A stretch of DNA of 61,899 nucleotides, counting the filler, from Sphacelaria rigidula (Eukaryota), in NCBI GenBank assembly GCA_964200075.2. It is 8 parts of 8 records of this genome, joined end to end, with 100 filler letters (N's around TTAATTAATTAA, not from the genome) between each part and the next. Parts side by side here need not be neighbours in the genome. Positions count along the whole stretch, not along the records: positions 31,003 to 38,652 come from CAXNAA020013931.1; positions 38,753 to 46,401 come from CAXNAA020013932.1; positions 46,502 to 54,150 come from CAXNAA020013933.1; 5 more parts are not named here. One strand, written 5' to 3'. Positions 36,301 to 50,828 of this stretch are shown piece by piece. The notes below the pieces were generated by a model that worked only from the letters and a program-made list of their open reading frames with translations, did no database searches and was not told the origin of the DNA. Position numbers and translations under genes: made by a program. Each line of letters starts with the position of its first letter. Position 1 is the stretch's first letter.

Positions 36301-38853
36301 GTCATGAACACATTTTCTTCATTTGAAGCATCAATACCTACGGAACTGCCAAGTTTGAGGGCGATCTGAGCTTTTCTACAACAGATATAAGGGACATCGT
36401 CACGAGGCTCCCTGGGTCTTTCGTGCGTATCATTAGTGGAAATTAGACGACGCCAACACCCGACATCACCGAAACATCACGGTTTGGGGCATAATTCGAC
36501 CCACGTAGTATCTATTTTGAAATTATGATTTTCTGGTTAGATTCCCGAGCCGATGACGGTTACTAAAATTTCAAGTATGTGGAGATTGGGTGGAAATTGG
36601 GCTTGGAATTCGTAATTTCGACCTCGGAACAATTTGACGGGCGCTGAGTGGTCGATATACCTTTCCGCCCTGAGCGCTACCACTATAACCCTACACACAA
36701 ATCCGGCTATGTCACGCTCTTCAGCTGTCCATGGTGGTCAATATGATATCATGTATGCGACTATTGGGTAGGTATTGCGAAAGGCATTTGCTGATGACAC
36801 AAATTTGGGTGATAAGCGTCAACCAGCCTGGAGAGAGTTTCAGAAAATGTTTTTTTCATCATGAAGTCAGAGTGCAGAGTGGAAACTTCGAAACTTCACA
36901 GTGGACGTTCAAAAGTTCATAGCGAAAGCTGATGTCACGTGGCTTGACATGATTTTTTTTGTAGCAGTAATTGGCCGCAGGTTGCCCCACCAAATGTACG
37001 ATCGACCAGCGTCCACTTCGAAAGTGCATGGGCCGGCACGACACTGAGTGCACCTTGCACTGCGGCACCGTACGCACCATACACTACGCTTTTCACTACA
37101 GGACACTGTAGTGCTGTAGTGCTTTAGTTCTGTGCAGCGTGGAGTAGAGTGCAGTACAGAGAGTGCAATACAGAACCCTACAACAGTGCATTGCGATGCC
37201 GTGAACTATTATACTGTACAGTGACACGGTACAAAGAGTCATTGTTGTACAGACAGTACGGTACACAGCACTTTCGAACAGCAGACCTCGGCTGCATTGC
37301 GATGATTATTCCACATGCCACCCATAACGGTGGTGGAAGACGTTATGATCTCTCACGGGATGGAAATACGGCCAGGTGTAGTACTGCTTGTGCGCTGTAG
37401 ACTACGAATCGTTTCCACCGTCTTCTTCAAGCTGGAGCTGGCAAGAATGAGGAACTGCACCCAACGCATCGTGTACCTGTCGAGCATTGAATTTTACGCA
37501 ACACAACCAAGCGGATTGCTGATGCCATGGCGGCGTCAGCTTCTGATTGCGATGCCAAGCTTTTCTACTTCGTGAATGGCCCATTGTGATGAGTATGGCA
37601 GTTCTGATGGATGATGGAAGTCCCACTTTGCTTGTTAGGGCGTATACACTTTGGACTGGACGTGACCATGGTGGTGACGGTGGGCGTGGTTTTTTTTTAT
37701 TCCGCTATGAACTCTGACGAGGAACAACGGTTTTGAGAGTGAAGTAGTGCAAACTGCAACCTCACTCTAATGGAAACTTCATAGCGGCAAGTGCACCGGT
37801 ACTGGCTATTTTCCTTTCCACTTTGACTCTAAGCTTTCAAAAAACGTTTTCCAAAACTCTGTAATATCCGCATCTTTTAAATCGACTGGATCAAGAACAC
37901 TCTTACTCTACCCCAACCTTATCCCCGATGACGCCGGACCATGAACACTCAGGCAGCGAGGGTGTTGGATGGCTACATAGTAAAATGGTGCGTTGTCCTA
38001 CAGCGCGGATTTGAGCAAAAATGTATTGCGGTGCCGCGTGCCGCTCGGTGGCATGAGAGTGCCCCTGCATCCTCGGGGAACCGAGTGTTTTCAAAACCAA
38101 GTAAAAATGGATCCGGATCTGGACAGCTGCTGGCAATTATCGACTGTTTGCTCAACATCATCAGGTCCTCGATTTTTACCCCTGACACGGATTGCCGAGG
38201 CTTAGATTGCTTTCGCTGAGGGTTGCGGCGTCAGCCGAATCATTTCCGTGTCGTCAATAAACCCTTGACAAACACATTATCTTCGCTTAGATCACTCTTG
38301 CTGAACGCAGCTGAGTCAGCCGCAAGCCCGAGCGTCAATAGGCCCTGCGGTTCAAGTACGCCAGCCTTTTCACCTTGAGACGTATCGTATCCGTTTGGAG
38401 CCATACAATTAGACTTTCCCCCGGAATGCTGCAGGTGTATTAAATTGGTCTGACCTCATTTTCTCGAAATGTGTAACACCACAAGGGGGATAACTACGGC
38501 AACGTCACTTCATCTCACCACCCGGACAACTACTATATTCTTTCTGGGGTCCCACCATTTCCTTCAAATCTCCAAATTATCTTAACCCTTTTGGGATCAG
38601 ACCCCCACTAACACAGGGTTGACCCTGTGTTAGTGGAATAATAAAAAATAAGNNNNNNNNNNNNNNNNNNNNNNNNNNNNNNNNNNNNNNNNNNNNTTAA
38701 TTAATTAANNNNNNNNNNNNNNNNNNNNNNNNNNNNNNNNNNNNNNNNNNNNCCCCCACTTGCAAGGTCAATGGTCTTATGACTATGGCATGCATGATCA
38801 TGAGTACACCCCCCCCTCCCACTTTCGACACTTCCTGCGACATCTCCCGCATA

Positions 38854-39489
38854 CTTCCTCTGTCCCATAAGTGAAGGTACCTAAATTTGTACGGGCCCTT
38901 GACGATATCCGATCGTTTTTTTTTTTAAATGAACTCCACGGTGTTTTTTGGGTTGAGAAAATGTGTTTAAAATTAGCAGCTCGTGCTTGAACCATGCCGC
39001 CGAACGGCTGCAAAAAAAGTAGTCGGCCGAAAAATGGCTGTTTTTTGCCCCTTTCCGCGGGAAAATGTTTTGTAGAAACACACTTCGTAAGATGGGCGAC
39101 AACGACTTTAGTGTGGAGCACACCATGGTTAGCGCACGCCAGAGGGCGAGGACATTGGAAAGGGTGGTAAAATATGATCAGGAGGCCTTTGCGAAGGCGT
39201 GGGACTTCTTGGCAGCAAGCCCCAGTGAAGGCGGGGGCGATTCAAAAAGAATCCAAAACAAAAAAATCGACACTTTTTTTCCCCTCAGAAAGGGGCAAAA
39301 AACAGCCATTTTTCGGCCAATACTTTTTTTGCAGCCGTTCGGCGGCATGGTTCAAGCACGAGCTGCTAATTTTAAACACATTTTCTTGACCCAAAAAACA
39401 CCGTAGTGTTCACAAACAAAAAAAAAACGATCGGACATCGTTAAGGGCCCGTACAAATTTAGGTACCTTCACTTATGGGACAGAGGAAG
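38854..39489. mobile_element. Tc1/mariner (Stowaway-like) non-autonomous element with ~210-bp TIRs
   Basis: Termini CTTCCTCTGTCCCATAA and TTATGGGACAGAGGAAG, each flanked by TA (38852-38853, 39490-39491). Arms ~38854-39065 and ~39280-39489 are near-perfect inverted copies. Confidence 0.85.
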
Positions 39490-39819
39490 TAGAACACGAG
39501 AGAGAAGGGTTTAGGCAATGAAATTCTTTGTAAGCGGAATCATGGAAGCTCAGAAAAGCTGGTGGAAATACGCGGTATTGAGAGTCTCAACCAGAAAGAC
39601 CGCAGGACATCTTGCTGGATCGTATTTTGGGAAGTTTTCCTACGTTGTCAATTAAATAACAAAGCATTCTCAACTTTTTCGTCATGCAATTGACAAACTG
39701 GGCAGCTTTGCGGAATAAAATTCAGCAAGATCTCCTTTGGTCGTTTTCGTGCTAGAATCTTCGGAATACTGAGTCCTTCCATTGTTTTTTACGAGGTGTC
39801 ATGACCTCGTTCACGCAGC

Positions 39820-41624
39820 TGTTATGGTATTTGAAGGAACTAGCGCCGATGAGTTATCACAGCGGCCGGGATGCCGAAGTAAATGAACGTTAGATATGAT
39901 TCTTGGTCGGCTACCATGGCTCGTCAGCTTGTTGGAAGATACACATTTGTGAGTTGCGAATCTCTCGCAACTTTACTCTTCCGTCCTCGTTTGGCTCGAC
40001 GTTTCTGGAGAACTGAGACTACGATTGTAGTCTTGTCTTTCCCTCCACTGTCGTCCATTTTATGCTGAGATACTCCCTGCACTTGTTCCTTGCTAGCTGT
40101 GAGAGTCTCAACCACCTTTTTCTCTCGTTCAGTGTTTCGGTTTTTCTTGTTTTTGTTCCTGCGTCTCTCCGACCTTCACGGAAGCCACTATCACAGGCGG
40201 TTCTAGTGGCCTGTCGGACCCGAGACACCCCGTCTCTTCTCTTCGACCGAACGTTTGCGAAAACAGATGACCGATACCCCAAGGGCTTCCTCAGTAAATT
40301 CTCACGTTTTTTTGGGTATAACGACGGTGGCTTTCGTTTGTCGGCGTGAGCGAAAACGGATGACCACTCCCCTCGGGCTTCCTCAGTATGCGCCGCGCGG
40401 CGATTATCGCTGCACGATCCTGGAGCTTCAATCAGCCACTACTGCCGCTCCTAGATCCTATACCGCGAGCTCTCTCGTTGATCTTTTCACTGGTACGCGT
40501 TTTTGCATGCACTACCTCAATGTTGAAAGTGATGTCTTCTTGATCGTTATACCTTGGCGGGCCCCTTGAAACCGATTAACGTCAAATCCTATCGCGAGTG
40601 TTGCGCTCCCCCTTGATGTGCGTTCGACTGTCGGTAAAACAGTTCCCGTTGCTTGAGGAATAGTCTGGTTTGTGTGGGTTTGCAGAGTGTTGACCGTGAG
40701 ACCAGACGAGTAACGCGCGGATTTATCGGCGGCGTGTTGCTTTCCTGTATTTGATGTTAATGGGTTGAGTTTGACCGCCCGGGTGACCTGTTTGTCCTCC
40801 TAAAGGTTGTAATTTGCAGGCTAAGCGCCTACTCGGTGTGTACTAGAGCCTGGCCGATCGCGCAACCACATGAACCCTGCGCCGAGGCTGGAACTCCATT
40901 CTTTGCCATGATGCGGGAGTTCTTCTTTGCCCTTGTTTTATATATATATTTTTGTGGTGTGGGAGACGATGGTAAAACATGAGCCTTCGAAGCTCTTCGA
41001 GCGTCTGCATGCTCACCTTTTAAAGTGGGCTATTGTCATGGTATTTGAAGGAACTAGCGCAGATGAGTTATCACAGCGCTCGGGATGTCGGAGTAAATGA
41101 ATGTTAGATATGATTCTTGGTCGGCTACCATGGCTCGTCAGCTTGTTGGAAGATACAGATATACATTGCGTTCCGGATGATCGGTAGGAGATACAGTATG
41201 GTTGATGTCTGCACATCGAATGATAATGTGCACAACGGAAAGTATTCCCGGAACGTTCGTTGGATAGCGGATATCTGATATTTGGTTACTGTATCATGAT
41301 TAGTTACAGATATAATTTCTGCGTGAGGTCACGCTGGCGCCCCGAGCTTCCATCTGAGCTCACTTCATTTTGGGCCCAGGATATCATCAGTCTTGCCGCC
41401 GTTGCTCTGAGTTCCAAGTGAATCCTTACCAGAGAGTTTGTGGTCTTGGGGAAACTACTGGCTCCGGTTTGTATTGTGAATTAGAAGGAGATAATCTATT
41501 TTGTTTGTGTGGACACCTGGATTCAATTGCTGCTGCTACAGTATTGGATCTGAATTGATTTGTTGCACCTGCTGTGCACACTGCAACCTAGCACTCACAG
41601 CTTGAGCCTCTGTTCGTGAGAACA
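39820..41624 (+). mobile_element. Internally deleted LTR retrotransposon remnant
   Basis: ~125-bp direct repeat beginning TGT(T/C)ATGGTATTTGAAGG at 39820 and 41035. The second copy is preceded by purine-rich AAAGTGGGC (PPT-like) and plausibly ends at ...GAGAACA (41624). No TSD confirmed. Confidence 0.55.
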
Positions 41625-44600
41625 TACAGGGCAAAGGTGGACTGAGACTGCCTCCTCCAAGGCGTTTAGCTAAAGTTCATAATACAGCATTTCGTCGCCT
41701 ACACCCTGATACATCGCGTGGAAAAAAATCATCGTATATCAGAGCCGATATATCCTGAGTTCCGCATTTCAGAAGCTCGTGCTTCCCACTACCGAGAAGA
41801 GTCTCGACAGATCTCTTCTTTTTTCGTCAGCACATTTTTTGTTTTACTCAGTGTATATCCGACCAGTCAAAATAGGTACTTTCCGGAACTTGTTGCTTCG
41901 TTCTTTCAGCGTTACTAATATCTCATTCTTTTTTCTTCTCTTTTTTTTTTCGAAAGAGACGGATTTTCGAAGTGTAAGCCTTATCCGAGCACTGAAATGG
42001 AGCCGAGGCTACGCCAGTAAAATGTAAGTTTTACCGCTTGCGTACGATGCGCTGCTCATTTTGAAATCTCCATCACCCCCACGTCCTGGTAGTCTAGACT
42101 ATAATGGTACGCCAATAGCTGTTCAGGGCGGAAGGTTGCGGATTCGACTCCCGACGGATCCGGCTTTATTTTTTTTAGCAACATCCGGTGTTCCACCGTT
42201 GAAAGCGCGAGTATCCGAGTATCCGAGAAAAATGAACGATCGTCGACGCGATGCCGGAGTGCCAATCTAATCGGCGATACCAGCATATCAAGCCGCTACC
42301 GGGGGAGGTACAGCTTGATTTCCTGGGCCCACGGATTCATCCCGAGGAGGGGAGAAGATGAAAAAGTGTGACGAATCAAATAAAGCGTGCTGTGTCTTAT
42401 TCACACTCCCCACCCATTCATTTTTGCGACCCACTCGGCTTCCTACGCTTTGCGTAAGGTACATCTCAGGGGGTGGTTAGCGTTGCTTTCAAAATGAACT
42501 TCGAAACCTTTCCGGAAAGGAACATCACACAACATTATTATTCAAGAGGGATACACCGAGAAATTCATTCTCAGAAAGGCAGGAGTAGTTCCAGGTTGTC
42601 TCTCTCGCTATCTACTTTTCTGTGGCCGGAGGTGCTGTTGACTGAAATGTGGCACAATACGGTATTAGCTTATGCGTTACAAATCCGGGCGCGGTGGTGG
42701 CAAGATAAGCGAACCCGAGGTATACAATCGCGAAAAATCGCTGAAGGATCCTTGAGGGCGGGAAATGAAGAAGGAAGAGAGAATGAGCACGATGAACTGC
42801 AACCAGCTGAAAACAAACGCCAGACTATCATATCTGGTACTGTGGTCCCGGGGGGAAAAAATAAAGAAAACAAATACGACAGGCCCGCGTGGCATGGCTT
42901 CAGGCAAGAAGCCCGTACAACCACAAAGCAAAACGGAACAGAACAAACAAAAGGGAGAAATTGAAGCAGGTTGCGACTAGGATGTGTAGCTACTATGTTG
43001 CCCCAAATAAGCACTGTAGTAGTATTCGATATGTTTCCAGATCAGCCAACGTCGCTATGTTCACTTCTACACGTTGACGCGTCTAATCTCAACAACGTCC
43101 CGTCTCTGATCCGCGCACATTTTGACTTGCTGTGTCCTGAGCAGGTTAATGTCGTTAACGCGGCAGCGTCTGCGGAGAACGAAGCCCACACACAACAGGC
43201 GGAGCTCGGATAGCCACTACTACGCAAATTGGACTCCCCTGCCGCTCCTTCTTCTCTCTACCGATTCCGACAGTCCCTCCTCCTTGCAACTTTTTTTCCT
43301 GTTTCGAGACGGCAATTTTGTTGATGGCGTGGGGTATTCTGATGGGGTAGATGCTTCGCGGATTTTTCGCTCGAATTTCAAGGACCTGGAATTTCGAAGG
43401 GAGGGGAGTGTCGAATCGGTCATTCGATTCGTACCCCTACGTTGCAGTTTTGTTTGCTTTGTTTTGTCAAGTATTCCCATTCGACTGAATTACACACAAA
43501 GGTCCGCCTTCATCTCCCTACAAGTATAATGATGATATAATGAGAGCGGTAGTGGAGGCTTCCGAATTATGATCAAATTGGTCCTCTCCTCAAGACCTGA
43601 AGTCTCTTATTTGGAACTTCGAGTCAAAAGATCCAAGGTGTGAAGGTTTCCACGGGTTTACAATCCCCACCGTATTTGCTTCTAGCACATTCTCTCAATA
43701 TTTCGTTCGTCAGTCAGGACTTGTGTACGACCGCGGCTTGTTAGGGGTCGAAAGGGATATTTATGGTTGTTGCTCTGGGGTCAGCAACGCGGGAAATAAT
43801 TGTCAGAACCATTCGTTGAGGAAGAACACAGCTACGAGTATCGTTTTGATTTTCGTGCGCATCCATTACTCGAGAGAATCCGCCAGCAGCTATTATAGGT
43901 CGTATTCGATGTGCTAGTACAACATATTGCAAAAGGATGGAAATGAGTGTGAACGATCGACCAGAGCACGCGGCGCACCCTCGTGTGTGTGTAAGATTAC
44001 ACATAGCCTGCTTGGTGTGGGGCAGTTTTTATTGTTCTTCGCACCGCTTGCTTCGAAGACGTCCTCTTTGAGATTTTTCGCTGGGACCAACCTCTATCGT
44101 GAATCAATCGTTAGATTGAATCATTGAAGTCGTGATGCACCCTTGGTTGCATCGAAATACCATGGCGGGTGTAATGTGGACGTGATGCCATATTAGTACG
44201 ACTGCTCTTAAGCCCTGGTGGAAAGCTGTGAGCACAGGTTGAAACTAAAATAGTATTGAAACATGGAGCTTCCCACGATAATATATGTGGCGATGCCATA
44301 TTGATCTGTGAAAAGGTGGTTGTCCTCGGCGTACGCTCATGAGAGTTTGCCCCCTCAAACCACGGTTCTCCCCGCCGCCCCCCTTGTGGCGCTGTTCGTA
44401 CCTTTTTCGGCGAAAAGAGGTTTGTGGAGGTAACGATTTTTGCCGGGAAGTGGCGAGAACATTCTCGAACCTTTGTTTGACATTACTGTTGCGTGTGTGG
44501 GTTGATCAAGCCAACAATCTCGGCAGAAGATTTTCCCGGGAGGTTCGCAAACTCTGCTTGCGAGGTCGCCCACCACTTTTTGGCTTCCCGTCAACTTCAC

Positions 44601-45768
44601 GGTTTTTATACCGCCCGCTGAACATTGGGTTGTAATTCCTTTTGTCGCCTTGATATGGACCAGGATTCGAACTCAAGATCTTTTGTTTATGAAGCATGCA
44701 GTCATCGTCCCAGAGAGATGGGTGGCATAGCTCGTTCTCTACATAACCGTTGCTAAAGCACTAATGGCGAGATGATGAACACCGGAACCTGGCAGGCAAA
44801 TTAAACTTTGGCTATTAACATCGCGCATGCACACATGCTTCACCGACCGCATAGGTATTTATATACTTATTTCTACACGGGAACTGCAATCTTATCTTAC
44901 TACGAGCTGGGCCAGCCGAAAAACGGATTTAAGCTCTCAAAGCAATATCTCATCGACATAGACGAGTTGGGCCATGATCCGCATATTGTATTAATCGTCT
45001 GACCAAGGGGGAAGTGTCCATCTGCTAAAAAATCTGGGCCAATTTTTTTCTCGTTGATTGAACCCCATGTCTAGTAATTCCTATACCGTACGGAGTTAGC
45101 GTCCACACTATAATCTATATGAAACCCCGAACGATGCATTCATCGGGTGATGACGATTTTTGGTGTGGACCTTCACTGGAACACGGAGAGACGATAGGTA
45201 CCCTCACTTGAACCCAATCCGTAATCTATCTCGAGATATGGCGCACAAAAGCTTCAGCACTACAATCAATATATTACGAGCAGAGGCCCTAGATGCCCTA
45301 AATCTGGATATCGCGTCTCAGGTTTTGAGAGTTTTGTGATGAAATTCGGTATGGAGAACCGCTAGTGGATTATGAAATAAAAAAACACAGCTTTTTAATT
45401 TTTTTGTGTTTTTAGGGGAGTTTCCATGAGAATTGAACATTGCTCTTGGGCCTTATCTCAATTTTTTAGCTCAATTTTAAAATAATGATCTAAAACTTAG
45501 CAGGGAGAGCGCCCGAACTTCCCCCCCCCAAAAATGGGCCTTAGTCTTTTTTTGGAGAGGTCCGGGTGTTCGTAAAAAAATGGCCGTTGCCATACTAAAA
45601 AGCACAAAACCAGTGAAAAAATAATGAACAAAAAATGACCCACTGAGTTGTGTTGACTATGCCTTAGCGAGGGCCCACACAAATGTCAATACACGAAAAC
45701 CAAACGTGGGCCGGTGAGTGGCCTGCAAAATAATGTTCCGAATTTCTACCGACCCGGTTCTTGGAAGA

Positions 45769-46032
45769 CGAATGCGCCGGCCAATATTTAGAGTTGGAGC
45801 ATATAATTTGGTATGGACAATGCATAGGGCTTAAACAAATATATAAAAAAACACCAGATTTTGTTTGCGTGAGTTGAGGGCAATAATCAGTTTTCAGGTA
45901 TCAGTAAAATGCCCTTAACTCACGAAAATCATGAAAACAGAAAATGGTGCTTTTTTCATATACTTTTTATGCCCTATTCATTGTCCATACCAAATTTTAC
46001 GCTCCAACGCTAAATGGTGGCCGGCGCATTCG
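45769..46032. mobile_element. MITE with ~65-bp imperfect TIRs
   Basis: CGAATGCGCCGGCC...TTTGGTATGGACAATG versus CATTGTCCATACCAAA...GGCCGGCGCATTCG. Confidence 0.6.
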
Positions 46033-49000
46033 CCTGCAAACTTCAAATCCGCCTCTAGGCTGGCTCAGCTCGGAGAGCTCTATCCATTTCTGTGTGCGTG
46101 AATCCCGTTTCAATTACTACATCGTGTATTTGAGATCCGGGTGGAAGCACCATGTTTTAGGCAAATTGTTGTAAGCTTGTTGGCCTCATGCATCAACGCT
46201 GTGGAAAGGCGACTTGATGTGAATGAGAAATAAATACAGCATGCGGCGAACAGCAATGATGCAGCACAAGTTCGTCTTCAACTCAATATCATACAGACAG
46301 TACCATGTCTCATAATAGTCACGGTTCATCAATTAACAGCCGATTTTATATTTTGGGGTTCATACAAAATATGGGGCTGAAGTGGCATATCTGTCTTGCA
46401 CNNNNNNNNNNNNNNNNNNNNNNNNNNNNNNNNNNNNNNNNNNNNTTAATTAATTAANNNNNNNNNNNNNNNNNNNNNNNNNNNNNNNNNNNNNNNNNNN
46501 NGTGTCCGGCGAGACGCATGAAGGGTGAGCTGCATCCGGCTAAGATTGCTCGGCCTGAAGCCTGCTGATTATCTTGCATTTGGATGACAGCCTACGATGA
46601 GTTGCTTTATTTCCTGGTATCACCACTTCCACAGACACCCAAGGCTTATACACTGCCTCATGGGTATCTCACCATACGCGGGGCGGGGGGGGGGAAGAGG
46701 GGGAACAAAAGATAATTGTCGAGCTCGTCGCACGCTCTGCATTTCATATTTCCACTGAAGAGATATGAACGTCATCAACGCCACGGGAAGAGAAAACTTT
46801 TTTCAATAAAACAGTTGAAAAATAATCTCTTACTACTTTACTGCTCTCATGTGCCGTATTGAGTTTGGTCCTTGCGTATGCCAATCTTATCAGATGCACC
46901 ATGATACGATACAAGATTGCCGCGCAACCACGCATCATACCAGCATCACCCCTTAGGTAGGTGTACGGTTACACACGTCACCTGGGGGGAACAAGTCTTG
47001 CAGATAAGACTAGATGATGACCTTTTCCTGTACTGTCTTTACCCCATGCATCAAGTCCAGGTGAAAGTCGCAGGAGCTCATACATACAAGACTTGGGGGC
47101 CGTGCCGATCTCTTATATCGTCAGTACCGCAATACTGCTGATATTTGAAGAATGACTAGAGCTATTGGTTGTTGGCGGCAAGCCAACGAAGCCACTGACT
47201 GACTTGTCTGTGCTAGTACCTTAGTACAGACCGCAGAAAGTACAGTAATGAGTGTGACGTAGAGTCGAGTACAGATGGCAACCTTTTGCCTTTGCGGCAT
47301 TTACCCCATCATACGTGCGCCGATCTCTTGCAATCCCAGTACCGCAACGCAGCTTGTCGTGCAGCACTCACACGTACGAGACGACTGGCTGTACTATTAC
47401 AACAGTACCGCAGTACAGAGACCTGGAAGCGCACCAATGAGTGAGATAATTACAGGAGAGAGTCAGTTATAGCCGCATCACCCATACCTTCTGTGCAAGT
47501 AGCCTGATGTGATGCATGGTGTACACTGAATCAAGGCTGGACTGACTACACATGATCTACGGGGGTCATAAAAAGGGGGTCGTGTGCAACGTAATGTATC
47601 GGGGCAACATTTGTAAAAACAAAAGTGAGGCATATCCGCCCGAACAACAGGCATCAACGATTGGCATAAAATTAAGGTCCTCAGGGCATCCTCCACGGGT
47701 CGACGGCCGAAGGGGGAAACAACGGGCCAACCGAGGACAACGGGTACCCGGAATGAAGGACAAGGACAGAGGGACATTTCCGATGTGAAGTGTGAGAGAA
47801 TCGGAGAGCGTCCTTGATACAGTATATGAAAGTGAAAAAATGTCCGACCTTCACTGCAAAAGATCTGTTTCTTCTTTAAAAACCATACGGTGTGCGGTAC
47901 TGAAAATGATACGTGCCGAAAAGTTCACCCATTTGTAGCATAATGTGACAGCTAGGTGGATGAAGCTTACTGATGCTAACCTCCACAACCTTGTACGGGT
48001 CCTCATACTTCAGCCTCGCTTTTCTTCACAAACTTTTGAGGTGCCAAACCATGCACGACATGCCAAGGACATATCTTGTTCGTCTAGATATCGCGTGGAC
48101 AGCAGCAGTGGATGCAATGAACACATCGATCCTCTGCAACTGTTCAGTCGGATGGTACTGACTGTTGGATAGTCGGAGCTGTGTCCATGTCCATTTCGCT
48201 TTTTATCTTTTTGTGCGACCACCAACCCGAAATCTTTGACCGTACTGCACTAGCTCATGGGGCTAAAAATTTCCCGGCACTTTTGCACCTTGCGGTCCGC
48301 ATATTTCGTAGCTGGGTTGACGAAAACATTTCCTCTGCTTCGGGTGAAAGTATGCTGTGCGAGGGGACGATGGGGAGTGTTCGTCCCGTCGGCGAAAAGG
48401 TCTTGGATATACCCCGATGAATCTTAGAGTATTATTCTCGGCCCGAGGTCATGCAGTCAAACATTGTAATCGCGTGCGGTTATAACTGAGCGTGGACCCC
48501 AACCACGGTACTGCCTTCATGGACAATCAGTATGTGTGCGCCGCGTCGTGTGTTGGACGCCCTGTTTCGATTCTAGCGCCGACGGTCCCTAAAGATGTGG
48601 AGAGAGCCTTGAATACCTATGGCATATTGGTGATTGCCACTGACAATCGTGTACCGTGGACTGGAGACAGGTGGACAAAATCCTGTTGCTACTCTGTACC
48701 ATGAAATACCCACTGTTGTTGTCTGTATACATGGACTGGGCCAGACGCCTCTTCGCCGACGGTTTTTCGTTCGTGTGTCTGTTTGTTCCCCGAGTAGACC
48801 ATGAACTTTGCTGTACCAGTAAAGTGTCGTTCGGGTATGAAACTTTGAAACACCGTGCTGTGGGTTGGCAAATGAGCATGAACAAGGGGTTTCGAGGTCC
48901 CACCATTGATCCCGGGGTGCATATGTGAAGAAGTCAAGGGCAACCGGAAACAGTAGAAGCAGGCGCGTTCTCTCGTACGCACCAACAAACTTGTCCATGT

Positions 49001-49903
49001 CACGGGCTAATATTGGGTGGGATTTGTGCATGGATGTAAAAATCTTGCGCATCGACCACTCCCACTCTCGTGGATGGCGGATGTGTCTTGATACAAACGG
49101 CAGATCCCAGGAACAACACGGTATGGATCCATCAGCCTGATTCAGCCAGGGAGGAAATAGTACATAGTAGGCATTTCCACGTGAAAAAGGTGTCAATCGG
49201 TCTCAAGGATGGACAAACAAGAAAATAATCGCGCGTTCTGGGGTTTGATCCCGATGCCGGCTTAGCTTTTACACTGCAGGTTCATCAAACAAGCTCTTCA
49301 ATAGGAAAAAGAACTACAGTAGTAGAAAGCAAAATTAAATAAAAGGTACGTGGGGGACTAAACGCAGGGGCGGTCAACACTAAACCACAGACTGAGAAAG
49401 GAGTCATCGAACGGATTGAAGTTACCGTCTACGCTCTAGCGCGTACACGTGCCGAATGAATATGCAGACGGAGCACCCGCATTCAAACCAAAACATGCTT
49501 TGCGACTGACAGTTCATCAGAAGAAAGGGCCGGTCCACTCATTCCAGGATATCGCACATGTGAAACACCAGCTGTATGAATCCTAAAGCAAAACGAAATA
49601 ACGTATTTGAAGAACCGCACAGTGAACCAAACCCGAACGAAACAAAAAACAGCGAGGGTAAGAAGTGCCCGCGTGTGTAGATTGTTCGCGGGTTTATGAC
49701 GCCTGAACCCAGAAGACTCCTCTCCGAACTTCTCGCTGCCTGTTGCTTCAACAAGCGCTGTTGTACCCACGCCTGAGACCACTGACTTTCATTGTTGCTA
49801 GTGTGGCCCGGTGTCCTCTATGGAGAATGTGCCGTTGGGGCATGCTATAATAGTGGACCCAGAGAACCACGCACCCAAGTCAAGAGTCGAAGGTATTCCG
49901 GTC

Positions 49904-50147
49904 TGTGTGTATCTTGTCATCCCATGTATTCTGGACACCAGTCTACACTTTTCGGCCCATCAGACGGGGTCAAACGGGAGGAACGTCAACACTGATTTTC
50001 TCTGTGTCTTCTTGGTTTAGCAGTCCACCTTCTTCGTGCGGTGCTTGCATGAACATACATCACGAGAAGAGTTCAGCGATCCCTTTCGCCCGTCGAACGT
50101 GAAATCCAACTGTCCGTAACCACGACCTGGCCGCTCTGCGCTGTCGA
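49904..50147 (-). mobile_element. tRNA-derived SINE copy (diverged, 5'-truncated)
   Basis: The reverse complement contains GCAAGCACCGCACGAAGAAGG, GTGTTGACGTTCCTCC and GTCCAGAATACATGGGATG. Confidence 0.65.
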
Positions 50148-50828
50148 GGATGAACGCCACTTTTTTACAGGTCGCTACAGTCAGGTAGGGTCGAAAACAC
50201 TGTAGTACTTAGTATGTAATGTGATGGGCTTGGAACGAGAGACCGAAGGGGTGATTGGCTCAGGGATCGTGTATGGGATATATATTTTCTCCTAGCACGT
50301 GCGTGTGGGACATGCACAACATGCTCCCACACCTCGACATGCCATACGGAGAAGCGACGACGAGCACCGTTGTGCCACTTCGACGAAATCTACACAGCAT
50401 CATCGTGATTTGATATAAAACTCCATGACTAGCGGGTCAACATCTGTCTCAGCTGTGGTAGTTCATAGCTCTCTAGAAACATGGAAACACGAGGGAAGCG
50501 TCCGCAGGGCAAGGGCGATATGAAAGCACAGCATGATGTGTGCTCAGTAACGTTTGTCAGATACGCTTCGCAGGCTCATCACTACAGCTTTCATGAGTAC
50601 CTTGGGCAGAAGAAGGACCAGGGCTGGATGGGGTAGAGTCAAGGGGATTGAAAAAATTCTCATTTGTCTTATGGGATTCTCTGCGTTTTTTTTTGAAAAT
50701 TATTTCGTTGTATTCTGCTCGCTGCACTCATGTCACCAATAGAACAAGAACAAAACAAACAAGCTGAGCTTGATGAGCAAACTTCATATGAAGCACTCCT
50801 CACACTACCCCGTCCCCACCACGCATAC

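Noticed and set aside
37400..38410. Exon-like minus-strand fragments (also 43040-43480 and 18250-18420)
   Set aside because: Every frame is interrupted by stops, and no consistent splice model or family motif could be built.
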